A stretch of 64,000 bases of DNA from Myxococcales bacterium. GTDB taxonomy: Bacteria; Myxococcota_A; UBA9042. Position numbers and translations under genes: made by a program. A model generated the notes under the pieces. The model was given only the letters and a program-made list of their open reading frames with translations. It ran no database searches and was not told the origin of the DNA. Shown here piece by piece: positions 46,687-56,196 of the stretch (within the stretch, counting starts at the first letter, position 1; the number at the start of each line of letters is the position of its first letter). The stretch spans positions 1 to 64,000 of the forward strand of contig JBBISH010000004.1 in NCBI GenBank assembly GCA_037441385.1, read 5' to 3'.

Positions 46687-48492
46687 CTACTTGCCGACCA
46701 TCCACGCGTAGTAGCGGTCGTAGTCCCACTCTAGACCGGTGCCCGTCAAGTCCAAGCTGCCGCTGGCAAATCCGGCCCACAGGCGATGCATGTTGTAGGT
46801 CGACGCCAAGAAGTAGGGCGCGGTCTTGAGGACCAACGTGGACGACGTGTTGGCCGGGAACGTGACATTTTGACAATTGGTGTTGACCGTGTTGGTGGTC
46901 AGGGTCCAGACGGCCATGCCATTGAGGGCCAAGCTGGCGCCGTAAGTGGCGTTCATCGAAGAGTAATTGGCGCAGATGCTGCGCGTGACGGCGGCGGCGG
47001 TCGGATTCTTGATAAAGACCACCACATACTGCCGGCTGTGGTCGGTGCTGGACGAGGTGTAGCCAAGACCGCGATGAAACTGGATGTTGCCCTTGCTGTC
47101 GGCCCAGTGCAGTTCGCTCACGGCGTTGTGCAAGGCGGCATTGTCGCTGTAGGGCACGGCGGCGGCCGTGTCGTACTTGGTGCCCACCAGGGCGTTGCCG
47201 GCCATGGCGTCGATGTATTCGCCGTACAGGACCGGTCGCGAGCCGGCCGGGAACAGCAGCCGCGCCTGGGCCGAAGCGCCCACCGTTAAGTTGCCGGTCA
47301 CGCTCAGGTCGCCCGTGATGGTTTGATTGCCGGTCAGGTTGACCGCACCATTGACCGCCAGCTTGGACTTGGAGTTGGTCACGATCTTGAGCGACCAAGT
47401 GAACTTGCCATCGTCCGCGGTAGCGACATTGTCCAGGACATCGCGCACGACCAGCGACCAAGTGCCCTTGAGGTCCTTGCCCAGCCAATCCGCGTTGAGG
47501 TCGCCGCTGACCAGGCCCAAGTCCTGATTGAAATTGACGGTCATCGTCGTGCCGGTCTTGCTCCCGTCGTACAAAACGTACGGCGTGGCGTTGCCCGGCG
47601 CGTACAAGTCGACCTTGACCTTGGACACATCGCTATTGGTCGCGGTAAAGGCGATCCACAGCTGCTGCGTGTTGCCCGTAGAGGGTACGGTGATGGTGTC
47701 GGTCACGCCAGCGCCCAGGCCATCGGGGATGCCCTTGTTGGTCGAACCGGCAAAGCTGTCTGTGAATTGGGTCGAGAGGACGCCATTCGAGATCTCGTCC
47801 AAGCCGTCTGCGGGCAGGCCGCTGGCCGAGATGGCGCTGGTCGCGCACTCGTAGCTGCCGTCGGCCAAGATGCCTTTCATGACCAAGCCGGTGCCGCATG
47901 ACTTGCCCACTTTGGCCAAGACGGGAACGCCCTTGAGGTCGCCAAAGTTGCCGGTACTGGCCACGTCGGACAGCGTGGCCACCTTGGCGTACTGGGCGAG
48001 ATCGGTGGCCAGGGCAAAGCCGCTCGTCACCTCGGGAGCGAGTTGCTTGAGGCCAATGCAGCCCGAGCAGTCCACCGACTCGGACACAATGGTTCGGACT
48101 GAAAACGGCACGGATGTCAGTTGCTTGCGCGCCAGCTCCGGCTCTTGGCCCACGGCGATCCCTACCCAAGCCGCCGAGGCCATGACCGAGGGCGGCAAGG
48201 CCTTGGTCACGCCCAAGTTGGCAGAGAACATGCCGTTCTTGATGCCGACGGTCAGCGGCCCCTCGAACCAGAGCGGGGTGCCGCCCGACTGATCCTTGTA
48301 CAGCGCGAAGGTGAGGTCGTAGGCGCCGTCTGGGGCAGCGCCGCCCGACGAGGTGATGGCCCCGGTCACGCCAAGGACGCTGGGGGCCGAGGCCAGGGCT
48401 TCGCGGGAGCCGGCCAGGCTGGCGAAAGCGACGAGCGTCATTGTGAGCACCAGCGACCACGACGGGAAACGCTGCAGGATCTTGGACATCAT
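46687..48492 (-). CDS. Secreted fibre-like protein, paralog 3 (P-domain; beta-strand shaft repeats; unknown C-terminal domain)
   Basis: Same chassis (DGAYDLTFALY...GG.PLW.EGP; DCSGCI; CGTGLVMKG; LPADGLDEISNG); VNLTGNQTITGDLSVTGNLTVG repeats. Confidence 0.8.
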   Translation of the reverse strand: MMSKILQRFPSWSLVLTMTLVAFASLAGSREALASAPSVLGVTGAITSSGGAAPDGAYDLTFALYKDQSGGTPLWFEGPLTVGIKNGMFSANLGVTKALPPSVMASAAWVGIAVGQEPELARKQLTSVPFSVRTIVSESVDCSGCIGLKQLAPEVTSGFALATDLAQYAKVATLSDVASTGNFGDLKGVPVLAKVGKSCGTGLVMKGILADGSYECATSAISASGLPADGLDEISNGVLSTQFTDSFAGSTNKGIPDGLGAGVTDTITVPSTGNTQQLWIAFTATNSDVSKVKVDLYAPGNATPYVLYDGSKTGTTMTVNFNQDLGLVSGDLNADWLGKDLKGTWSLVVRDVLDNVATADDGKFTWSLKIVTNSKSKLAVNGAVNLTGNQTITGDLSVTGNLTVGASAQARLLFPAGSRPVLYGEYIDAMAGNALVGTKYDTAAAVPYSDNAALHNAVSELHWADSKGNIQFHRGLGYTSSSTDHSRQYVVVFIKNPTAAAVTRSICANYSSMNATYGASLALNGMAVWTLTTNTVNTNCQNVTFPANTSSTLVLKTAPYFLASTYNMHRLWAGFASGSLDLTGTGLEWDYDRYYAWMVGK

Positions 48493-48614
48493 CGATCTTC
48501 CTCCCCGATGGGTGGATGCTAGCATTCGCGGCTCCGCGATGCCAACGCCGGCTGACGCCGCGGCGCAGGCGCAAGAGCGATTGACCCCTTGGCGGCATAG
48601 CCTTAGTCTCGGCA

Positions 48615-49658
48615 GTGGCCCAGCGGCCAAATGGGACGGACGCCGTGTCAGGGACCGTGGTCGACAACCTTCAGCGATTGCAGGCCGTTGGACAATCCAT
48701 CGGGCACAACTTGGCGACGCAGCTGGCGCAATGGTCCGAGCCCGAACGCCGCCGGACGCTGGCCGAACTGGTGGCCCGCGAGTTCTCTGAGGCGTCGCAA
48801 GAAGTGGCGTCGTTGCTGCTGTCTGGCAGTTGGCGCACGCCCGACGACGAACTCGAGCGACGCATCAGCCACCTGTTGGCCTCCAAGAACCTGAGCCCGC
48901 ATGGCACCGATTCTTTTGGGTTCGCCCCGGCCGAGGTCCGCAGCGTGGTCCCCTACCTGGAGTTTCTCTACCGGGTGTGGTTCCGCGCCGAAGTCCACGA
49001 CATCCAGCGTGTACCCGAAGGCCGCTGCCTCCTTATCGCCAATCATTCTGGTCAGTTGCCCTTTGACGGCGTCGTCATCGGCACCTCGCTGCTGCTCGAC
49101 CGCGATCCGCCCAGAATGGCGCGGTCGATGGTCGAGAAGTTCGCCACCTCGCTGCCTTTTTTTGGCACGTTCTGCAACCGCATGGGCCAGGTCACCGGCC
49201 TGCCCGACAACTGCCGTCGCCTGCTAGAAAGCGAAGAGGCCGTGCTGGTGTTCCCAGAGGGCGCCCGCGGGATCAGCAAGCCCTATTCGCACCGCTACCG
49301 AATGACGGCATTTGGACATGGTTTCATGCGCTTGGCCCTGGAGAGTCAGGTTCCGATCGTGCCCATCGCGGTCGTGGGGGCCGAGGAGCAGACCGTCAAC
49401 TTGGTCAACGTGGCGCCGCTGGCCAAGCTGCTGAACATGCCGTCGGCGCCGCTGACCCCGCTGATGCCGCTGCTGGGTCCTGTGGCGATGCTGCCGGCGC
49501 CCGTGAAGTATCGCGTCTACTTTGGCGAACCCATGGAATTTACCGGCGATGCCAACGACGACGATGCGGTGGTGGCGGGCAAGGTCGCCAAGGTGCGGGC
49601 CGCTATCCAGGCGATGATGGACAAAGGGTTGGCCGAGCGACGCGGCATCTTCATCTAG
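48615..49658 (+). CDS. Lysophospholipid acyltransferase family (PlsC-like)
   Basis: NHSGQLPFD; VFPEG; GFMRLAL; PIVP. Start codon uncertain. Confidence 0.88.
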   Translation: MAQRPNGTDAVSGTVVDNLQRLQAVGQSIGHNLATQLAQWSEPERRRTLAELVAREFSEASQEVASLLLSGSWRTPDDELERRISHLLASKNLSPHGTDSFGFAPAEVRSVVPYLEFLYRVWFRAEVHDIQRVPEGRCLLIANHSGQLPFDGVVIGTSLLLDRDPPRMARSMVEKFATSLPFFGTFCNRMGQVTGLPDNCRRLLESEEAVLVFPEGARGISKPYSHRYRMTAFGHGFMRLALESQVPIVPIAVVGAEEQTVNLVNVAPLAKLLNMPSAPLTPLMPLLGPVAMLPAPVKYRVYFGEPMEFTGDANDDDAVVAGKVAKVRAAIQAMMDKGLAERRGIFI

Positions 49659-49700
49659 CGAATCCGGCGCGGGGCGGGCGGTAGGCCCAAGGGGAGCGAC

Positions 49701-50702
49701 ATGGCCAAACGCAAGACGTTGGCAGTGATTACGGGAATCGGCGGCCGCCTGGGTCAGCTGCTGGTGCGGCGCCTGCACCGCGAAGCCGAGACGCGGGTCA
49801 TCGGCATCGACCGGCGGCCGTTCTTGCGCAAACCGTCGGATGTTGAGCATTTGCGCATCGATATCCGCCGCAAGGCCTGCGAAGACCTGTTCCGCACCCG
49901 GCGTGTGGACGTCATCTATCACCTGGGCCTGATGCACGACCCGCGCCAGGGTCTGGGCGAGCACTACACCTGGAACCTGTTTGGAACCAAGCAGATTTTG
50001 GAGTTCGCTCAACGCTATAGCGTGCCCAAGGTGGTCATTCTGTCGACGGGCGACGTCTATGGGCCGCAGAGCGACAACCCCGCCTTCATCAGCGAAGACG
50101 CGCCCTTGCTAGGTGCCCAGCGTTTTGCCGGCATGCGCGACCTGATTGCGGTAGACATGTTCGCGCAGTCGTACTTCTGGAAATTCCCAGAGATCGAGAC
50201 GGTCGTGCTGCGTCCGGCGCACATCGTGGGCGGCGTGCGCAACGCGGTGTCGAACTACCTGCGCCTGCCGCGGTTGCCGCTGCTCCTGGGCTTTGACCCC
50301 ATGGTGCAGGTGCTGCACGAGGAGGACGCGGTTTCGGCGATTCTGGCGGCGGCGCGGCCCGGTGTGCGCGGCGTATTCAACGTGGTGGGTGCGGATGCCC
50401 TACCGTTGCGCACGCTGGTGGGCCTGACCGGCAAGCCGACTCTGGAGGTGCCGCACGTGCTGCTGCCCAGCCTGGCCAGACAACTTTTCCAGTTGCGGCT
50501 TGCCGACTTCCCAGCGGCCGAGCTGGACTACATTCGCTACTCGGCCACGCTGGACGGCGAGCGCCTGCGCACCGTTACCCGCTGGCATCCCCAGTATACG
50601 GTGGAGGAGGCCGTGCAAGCGGCGTTGCGGTCGACCATTTTTGACGGCGGCGCAGAGCGAACGGTCGCTGGGAGCGGTGCCGGTCATACGGAGTCCGTCT
50701 AA
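49701..50702 (+). CDS. NAD-dependent epimerase/dehydratase (extended SDR)
   Basis: ITGIGGRLG; N..GT; STGDVYG; GFDPMVQVLHEED. Adjacent to the acyltransferase, a common pairing. Confidence 0.88.
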   Translation: MAKRKTLAVITGIGGRLGQLLVRRLHREAETRVIGIDRRPFLRKPSDVEHLRIDIRRKACEDLFRTRRVDVIYHLGLMHDPRQGLGEHYTWNLFGTKQILEFAQRYSVPKVVILSTGDVYGPQSDNPAFISEDAPLLGAQRFAGMRDLIAVDMFAQSYFWKFPEIETVVLRPAHIVGGVRNAVSNYLRLPRLPLLLGFDPMVQVLHEEDAVSAILAAARPGVRGVFNVVGADALPLRTLVGLTGKPTLEVPHVLLPSLARQLFQLRLADFPAAELDYIRYSATLDGERLRTVTRWHPQYTVEEAVQAALRSTIFDGGAERTVAGSGAGHTESV

Positions 50703-50749
50703 TTCAAATGCCCGATTTTCATGCATATCCGGTGCCGGAGGCATTTGAA
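50703..50749. terminator. Inverted repeat TTCAAATGCC / GGCATTTGAA right after the SDR stop codon
   Basis: Perfect 10-bp stem between convergent genes. Confidence 0.45.
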
Positions 50750-50750
50750 C

Positions 50751-50880
50751 TATTTCGGCTCGAAAACGCCGACGATTCTTCGGGCCCGAATCGGGGTCCC
50801 CGCCTGATTCTCGCCAGTTGCAGAACGGGTCAGAGAAGCCGTATAGCCGCGAATCAGGTGGGGCGCGTATAGGTTGGGGT
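50751..50880 (-). repeat. Near-complete inverted copy of repeat module A
   Basis: The reverse complement aligns colinearly with 24710-24836 (CCCCACCTGATTCGCG...CTGACCCGTTCTGCAAC.GGCGAGAATCAGGCGGGGACCCCG.TTCGGGCCCGAAGAAT). Confidence 0.88.
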
Positions 50881-50885
50881 GCGCA

Positions 50886-52277
50886 TCAGATCGTCCGAAT
50901 CGGTAGCGCCGGTGCAGCCCCCGGCCGGAGCATGGGGCCGGCCATCGATGTCCCCGTGGGGGCCGCGCGGACCGCGGGCGAGGCTGGCTCGACCTCGTGG
51001 AACGCGCGCGCGCCAGCCACGACGAGCGCTGGCGCCACCCAGACCAAGTTGCGCACGATGTCCGTCAAGGACTGGCTAGAGACGATGACCGAGACCAGGT
51101 GGGCAAAGGCGGCCATCAGGTAGATGCGCTCTGGGCCTTGGACGCGGAAGTTGCGGACGAACTGAGCAATCCCGACGAGTTGCGCAATGACGTACGCCGC
51201 TACCGCTGGAATGCCAAAGGCGACCAGGCCCGAGAGGGGACCGTTGTGGATCGCGGTCACTGTTCCCGTTAGATACAGGTTGCGGAGCTGCCAGCCCGAC
51301 GCGCCCAGGCCAAACATGGGCGCCTCTGAAAACGTCTCGAAGGCCAGGCTGTTCAACGCCATGCGCCCCGACGTGATGTCGCCGTGATCTTCGTTGGCGA
51401 ACTCGCCGATACCGAAAGAGCCCAACACGCGGTAGGCGTAGGCTTCGGGGGCAAAATAGAACAGCGTCGCCGCCAGCGCGACGAGGAGCAGCATGCCGCG
51501 CATCGCGCTGCGGACATTGTTGCTGGTCGCCAAGCCAAAGGCGGCGGTCGCGGCCACCATCGCCAGCGTGCCGCCGCGCGATGCCGATGCGAATTCCGAG
51601 TACACGGCCGCAATTACGCCAAGCGTGCCCAAGGCCCGCAGCAACTTGGCATTGGTCTGGTCCAGGAACAAGGCCAAGCCAAACGGCAGAATCCGCGCCG
51701 CGGTCTCGCCGGTCCAGTTGGGCTCGGCACAGAAGCCTGCGGCACGCGCGGCCGCGAGGTCGCCGCTGCTCGACTGGTGCATGAGCGGGATCGACAGCGC
51801 CAAGGCCAACGACACCAAGGTGTAGCCAATCGCGACCCGGCGCAGGCCGCCCGGACGCGAGGCGGCGCGCCACACCATGAGGATCTGGATGAAGGACGCC
51901 GTCAGCGTCAGGATCAAGATCGCGGGCTCGATGGTCATCGCCATCGTCTCGCCCACCATGGCCCACACGGCAAAGAAGACGAAGGGGACGACGACCGACG
52001 CCGAAGGCAGCCGCCAGACGCCGGTGCGGAACGACTCGAGGATGGCGGCGGCCAAAGCCAAGGGCGCCCAGAACTTGACGGGCGTGATGCCACCGCCCAG
52101 GTCGATCTGGACCGGAGCGAGCGCCAGCGAGGTGATCGCCATGACGTCGGGTCGGCGAAACAGCGCGGGCCCGACCATGCCGGCCACCGCGACCAAGATC
52201 CCCTGCGCCCACAGGTCGGCCAGCATCAGCGACAAACCGATCGCCGTGGCGACCATGGCGATGGCCAGTTGGTTCAT
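50886..52277 (-). CDS. O-antigen ligase / Wzy_C-family membrane protein
   Basis: About 12 TM segments; R..G...EPN; SASRGG; SGR.......F...P.FG.G; AIHNG. Confidence 0.8.
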   Translation of the reverse strand: MNQLAIAMVATAIGLSLMLADLWAQGILVAVAGMVGPALFRRPDVMAITSLALAPVQIDLGGGITPVKFWAPLALAAAILESFRTGVWRLPSASVVVPFVFFAVWAMVGETMAMTIEPAILILTLTASFIQILMVWRAASRPGGLRRVAIGYTLVSLALALSIPLMHQSSSGDLAAARAAGFCAEPNWTGETAARILPFGLALFLDQTNAKLLRALGTLGVIAAVYSEFASASRGGTLAMVAATAAFGLATSNNVRSAMRGMLLLVALAATLFYFAPEAYAYRVLGSFGIGEFANEDHGDITSGRMALNSLAFETFSEAPMFGLGASGWQLRNLYLTGTVTAIHNGPLSGLVAFGIPAVAAYVIAQLVGIAQFVRNFRVQGPERIYLMAAFAHLVSVIVSSQSLTDIVRNLVWVAPALVVAGARAFHEVEPASPAVRAAPTGTSMAGPMLRPGAAPALPIRTI

Positions 52278-54481
52278 GCGCGCACGGCTCCGTTGGCGCC
52301 CGCGGCCGGGGTGGCTTGGGCATGCAGGTCGATATGCCGCAACAATTCGCGCATCTTCTCGCTCAGGGCAGCTAGCTTGACCTGGTCCTCGACGATGCGC
52401 TTGGCCACCTCGGCCGCGCGCCGCGAGGCGTCTTCTAGTTGCGCCACCAGCTTCTTGCGCAAATCGGCGGCGACGGTGCCCGGCGGCAGCGAGTCCAGGT
52501 TGCCTTGGATGCGCCGCTGCTCTTGATCCAGCGTGTCGCGCTGCTGGGTCAGGTTCTGCATGTCGAGCTGCAGCTTGGCAATTTCTTCTTGAGTCGCCAA
52601 CACGTCGCGAATCGGCCCCGCGATGGCGTCTTGTGGTTTGGCGTTCTCCAAGTAGAACTTGAGCGCGGCGATGACGGGGCCGGTCAGTCCGGCCTCGACC
52701 ACCGAAATCGGCGTCTCTTCTACAAAAGTGACCTCAGCCTTGGCCTTGGCAGCCACTGCAACGGGCAGGTACACATCGTCGCCGGTCTGCACCAAATCCT
52801 TGGGCGGCGCCACGATTTGCGTGCCGCGAATGCGGGGCAACCGCACATAGGCGACGCTGGGCTCGTCGCGATTGGACTGCAGGCGCACCGTCCGCGTGTG
52901 GCGCTGCTTGCCCTGCAGGGTGATGCGGCTGTCGACGATGCGGACCAGGCGCAGTTCGTCCGTTTTGCTGCTGTAGTCCAGGTTCAACGCCAGGCCGGCT
53001 TCGCGCGCATAGGGCACAAACGTCACTTCGTCCTTGCCCAGGCGGGCGATGAAGCCCTCGCCAGCAAAAGTGCCGTCGACGTAAAGGGTAATCGGCCCCG
53101 CCTCTAGGGCGCTCTGCTTGCCGTTGCGCAGCAGCACGGCGCGGTACGGCGACTGGCCCGACTGCGGATCGCGGAACAAGAACACGTCTTGGCCGTCGAT
53201 TTTGCGCGACACGATGTTGATGAGCGCCGCCGAGCGATCGGGGACCGTGACCGGGCGCTGCGCGCGATAGGTGTACAGAGCGCCGACCTCGCGGCCCGTC
53301 ACCAGGGCCTGCGCCTGCTGCATAGCGGCCTCGCGGCGGGCGGTCTCTTGCTGGGCGCGGGCGCGCTCGTACTGGCTTTCGCGGGGCATGTCGTCGTCGG
53401 CCGCGGCTGGGGCCGGCGCATGGTCGGCCTTGGGCTTCTTGTATGCAGCGGCCGGGCGACCACCGCCACCCTTGGCACTTTCGCGGTAGGCGGGCGAAGG
53501 CGGGGGAGGCGGCGCCGGAGCCTCGTCGGCTGGGGCCACGTAACCAGCCTCGGCTTCTGGCGGGGCTTCGGCGGCCTGGGGCAACCGATTGGACAGATCC
53601 GGGCGAGGCACCTTGTGCGGCGTGTGCAAGTCGTAGCGGAACGACAGCGGCGAGCCCACAACTAGAGTCAGATCCACGTCTTTCCAGGTCTCGCCCGAGA
53701 CGTTGTCGACGATCGCCCAGCCTTGCAGCGTCACGCCCTTGCCCTGCTCGACCCACGCGCGGTAGGCGGGCCGCCACACCGGCACTTCGTGGATGTAGCT
53801 GACCAGCAAGTCGTGACTGCCGTCGTCGGCCAGGCGGATCTGCACGGCCACGGGCTTCCAGCTGCCGTCGCGGCGCGCCAGATCCAGGCTCTGCTCGACG
53901 CCCAGCGCCAATGCGCGGTCGCCGATGACGACCTTGTTGATCCCCGACAGCGGCACCGACTGCAGCGTTTCACCAGCAGAAAGCAGCGTCAGCATCGCGA
54001 CTTGTTCGGTCTTGCCGTCGCCCTGCGCTTCGCCCCGCTCGACGCCGACCACCTTGCCGGAGAAGCTGCCGGCCGAACCCTCGACCTGGACTTGCGCGCC
54101 ACGCAGCGCCGTGAGCAGGCCCTGCAAGCCCCCGACGTTGCGGACCTGCGCCGGCAACTGCGCGGCCAATTCGTCGCCACTGCGCTCGACCGGCAGGCTG
54201 ACCGAAGCGGCGACACTCCCAGACAAGTCGAGCACGGTCAAAGACTTCAAGACGTCGTTGATCTGGTCTGGCCGCACGCGCAGCTCGATATCGCGGCCGC
54301 GCACGCTGCCGTGGCGCTCGAAGTAGCCCACGCCATTTTGGTACAGCACCACCTTGGTGACGGGAAGGTCGGCACCTTGCGTTTCAACGACTTGCGGGGC
54401 CGAGCACGCGCTGAGTAGCGCCGCCGACAGTACGCAACTGGGCGCGAGCGCGCGAACTGCGGCCGGGAAAGAAATCGACAT
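52274..54481 (-). CDS. DUF4139-family lipoprotein with a C-terminal coiled coil
   Basis: Lipobox LSAC; VVLYQNGVGYFER; NDVLKSL; WRPAYR; LQGWAIVDN.SGETW. Confidence 0.82.
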   Translation of the reverse strand: MSISFPAAVRALAPSCVLSAALLSACSAPQVVETQGADLPVTKVVLYQNGVGYFERHGSVRGRDIELRVRPDQINDVLKSLTVLDLSGSVAASVSLPVERSGDELAAQLPAQVRNVGGLQGLLTALRGAQVQVEGSAGSFSGKVVGVERGEAQGDGKTEQVAMLTLLSAGETLQSVPLSGINKVVIGDRALALGVEQSLDLARRDGSWKPVAVQIRLADDGSHDLLVSYIHEVPVWRPAYRAWVEQGKGVTLQGWAIVDNVSGETWKDVDLTLVVGSPLSFRYDLHTPHKVPRPDLSNRLPQAAEAPPEAEAGYVAPADEAPAPPPPPSPAYRESAKGGGGRPAAAYKKPKADHAPAPAAADDDMPRESQYERARAQQETARREAAMQQAQALVTGREVGALYTYRAQRPVTVPDRSAALINIVSRKIDGQDVFLFRDPQSGQSPYRAVLLRNGKQSALEAGPITLYVDGTFAGEGFIARLGKDEVTFVPYAREAGLALNLDYSSKTDELRLVRIVDSRITLQGKQRHTRTVRLQSNRDEPSVAYVRLPRIRGTQIVAPPKDLVQTGDDVYLPVAVAAKAKAEVTFVEETPISVVEAGLTGPVIAALKFYLENAKPQDAIAGPIRDVLATQEEIAKLQLDMQNLTQQRDTLDQEQRRIQGNLDSLPPGTVAADLRKKLVAQLEDASRRAAEVAKRIVEDQVKLAALSEKMRELLRHIDLHAQATPAAGANGAVRA

Positions 54482-54510
54482 CCTCGCTCCTTGGAACTGC
54501 GCCGCACCCC

Positions 54511-54526
54511 GCAGCCATTGTGCCAA
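54511..54526 (-). promoter_or_regulatory. Candidate sigma-54 promoter TTGGCACAATGGCTGC
   Basis: TGGCAC with GG-N10-GC spacing, 30 bp upstream of the DUF4139 start codon. Confidence 0.55.
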
Positions 54527-54701
54527 CGCCTTGGGCCATTCGCAATTGGCTGAAAACCTACTAGTACGCAAAATCTCAAGTTCGTTCGGGGTTGCAGTCG
54601 TTAGCGTACTAGGCGGCGTGAGCCACACGCGGGAGTCGCAGGGGGCGGTTGTCCAAGAGTGCGCGGCGCGCTCCCTTGGCATTTTCTACCTAGCTTTCTA
54701 C

Positions 54702-56153
54702 CTAGCGCGGCCACTCGGTCAAAGCGCCGGCCACGCCGGTGTCGAGCCAGACCCAATCGAGCTGGCCGCGCTGGCCATTGGTCCACGCCGTCCACCCTTG
54801 CGTATCACGCGCAAGCCGGCTCAGGTCCGCATCCGCTCCGCGCAGCTGCTGTGCGGGATCGACGAGCCAGGCTGCCGCGCGGTCCAAATCGCCTTGGGTG
54901 CCCACCGCCGCCACAGAGCCAAGGACCCGCCGCTGCAGCGGGCAATTCGAGTCGCCCTGCGGCGTTGGCGCGTCTGTCGGCAGGGTGGCACCGGCGCGGA
55001 GCGGCGCCAAGGCCAGCAAGCACGGCCCCGTCTTGACCCATGCGACGGGCCCGACCAGCCACTGCTGCCAGTCGCGCCGGTCGGAAAAATCGGGAAAGGC
55101 CGCTTGGAGTTGGGTAGAGGGGGCCAGCGTGGCGGTCAGCATCGGCCAGCTTCGGCGCGGCAAGCGCACGACCCCAGCCTGCCCCGCTTGAGCGACGACG
55201 GCAGGCAGCAAGGGTGCCATGTCTTGGTCGGCTTGGATATCCAAGTGATCCTTTAGGAAAATCACGCCCTTTTGCCCTGTCCCCAGGTGGGTCTGCACGC
55301 GCACGAGCTCGCCGTCGTCGCGCAACGCGGCGGCCACCCAGGTCAGGTGCGGCAGGCCTTCGCGCCACGGCGCCAGCGACCCCTGTTCGGGCAGTTGCGC
55401 GGCCAGCCAAGCGCGAGCCACGCTGCCCCGCACGAATACGCGTGCCTGGCCGCCGCCCACCCGCTCGATCGACTCACGAAACTCTTTGTCTTTACCAAGG
55501 TTAGCCGGCACACCCGCGACCGCCAACCCAGCCAGCGCGGCGATGGGATCGGCGGGGGTCCCCGTTGCGGTGGGCGCGTCAGCCAGGAACGCCGCCACCC
55601 ACAGACCGGGCACCGACTTGGCCGCCGCCAGCACGGTGCCGTCGCTGGCCGTCTGCACTTGCACGCCCAAGCGTTCTGCCCACTTGCCGTCGCCCGGCAG
55701 CCCCAACCCGGTTTGCCAGGCGGGCAGCCACTTGGTCAGGGGCTGCGGCGCGCCGGTCGCCGCGGGAATGGCCGCCAGCCAAAGCGCTCCGCGGCGACAC
55801 ACCGCCCATGCTTGCCCAGAGTCCAGCCCAGCCAGTGAACCGGACTGCTGCAGCGGCGCGGCCCAAGTCCGAGCCAAGGTCGCCAACGCGTTGGGTGTTG
55901 CAGGGTGCTGCGCCAGCCGTTGCAGCGCGGGGCCCGCTTCAGATGGGCGGTCGAGCAAGACCACCGCGTCGCAATCCCCGGGCAACGCGCCAAACACCGG
56001 GTCGGTGTCCTCGCCGTGCATCAGCATCCAGCCGCTCCAGATGGCGCCGGTGGCCGAAACCAAGAACATGACGATGAAAATGGCCGCCGCTGTGGTGGTG
56101 CGGCGGGCGCTGGCGGGCGGAGACGGTGGAGCAGCAGGCGGGGGCGTCGACAT
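54702..56153 (-). CDS. Hypothetical membrane-anchored periplasmic protein
   Basis: Pro-rich N-terminus, one TM segment, long open frame filling the gap; no recognised motif. Confidence 0.65.
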   Translation of the reverse strand: MSTPPPAAPPSPPASARRTTTAAAIFIVMFLVSATGAIWSGWMLMHGEDTDPVFGALPGDCDAVVLLDRPSEAGPALQRLAQHPATPNALATLARTWAAPLQQSGSLAGLDSGQAWAVCRRGALWLAAIPAATGAPQPLTKWLPAWQTGLGLPGDGKWAERLGVQVQTASDGTVLAAAKSVPGLWVAAFLADAPTATGTPADPIAALAGLAVAGVPANLGKDKEFRESIERVGGGQARVFVRGSVARAWLAAQLPEQGSLAPWREGLPHLTWVAAALRDDGELVRVQTHLGTGQKGVIFLKDHLDIQADQDMAPLLPAVVAQAGQAGVVRLPRRSWPMLTATLAPSTQLQAAFPDFSDRRDWQQWLVGPVAWVKTGPCLLALAPLRAGATLPTDAPTPQGDSNCPLQRRVLGSVAAVGTQGDLDRAAAWLVDPAQQLRGADADLSRLARDTQGWTAWTNGQRGQLDWVWLDTGVAGALTEWPR

Positions 56154-56196
56154 GCGCAAGAGGATCGCAAACCGCCGCGACGGCCGCAAGCGCCGG

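Noticed and set aside
25113..48492. Prophage, contractile injection system or diversity-generating retroelement as the explanation for the fibre paralogs
   Set aside because: No capsid, sheath, baseplate, integrase or reverse transcriptase genes are present; the proteins have Sec signals; there is no adenine-specific TR/VR pair.
54683..54706. 12-bp duplication TTTCTACCTAGC x2 (and CTTGATCCGGAC x2 at 11556-11579) as an insertion scar
   Set aside because: Only two units with no associated element; compatible with simple slippage, although both overlap stop codons.
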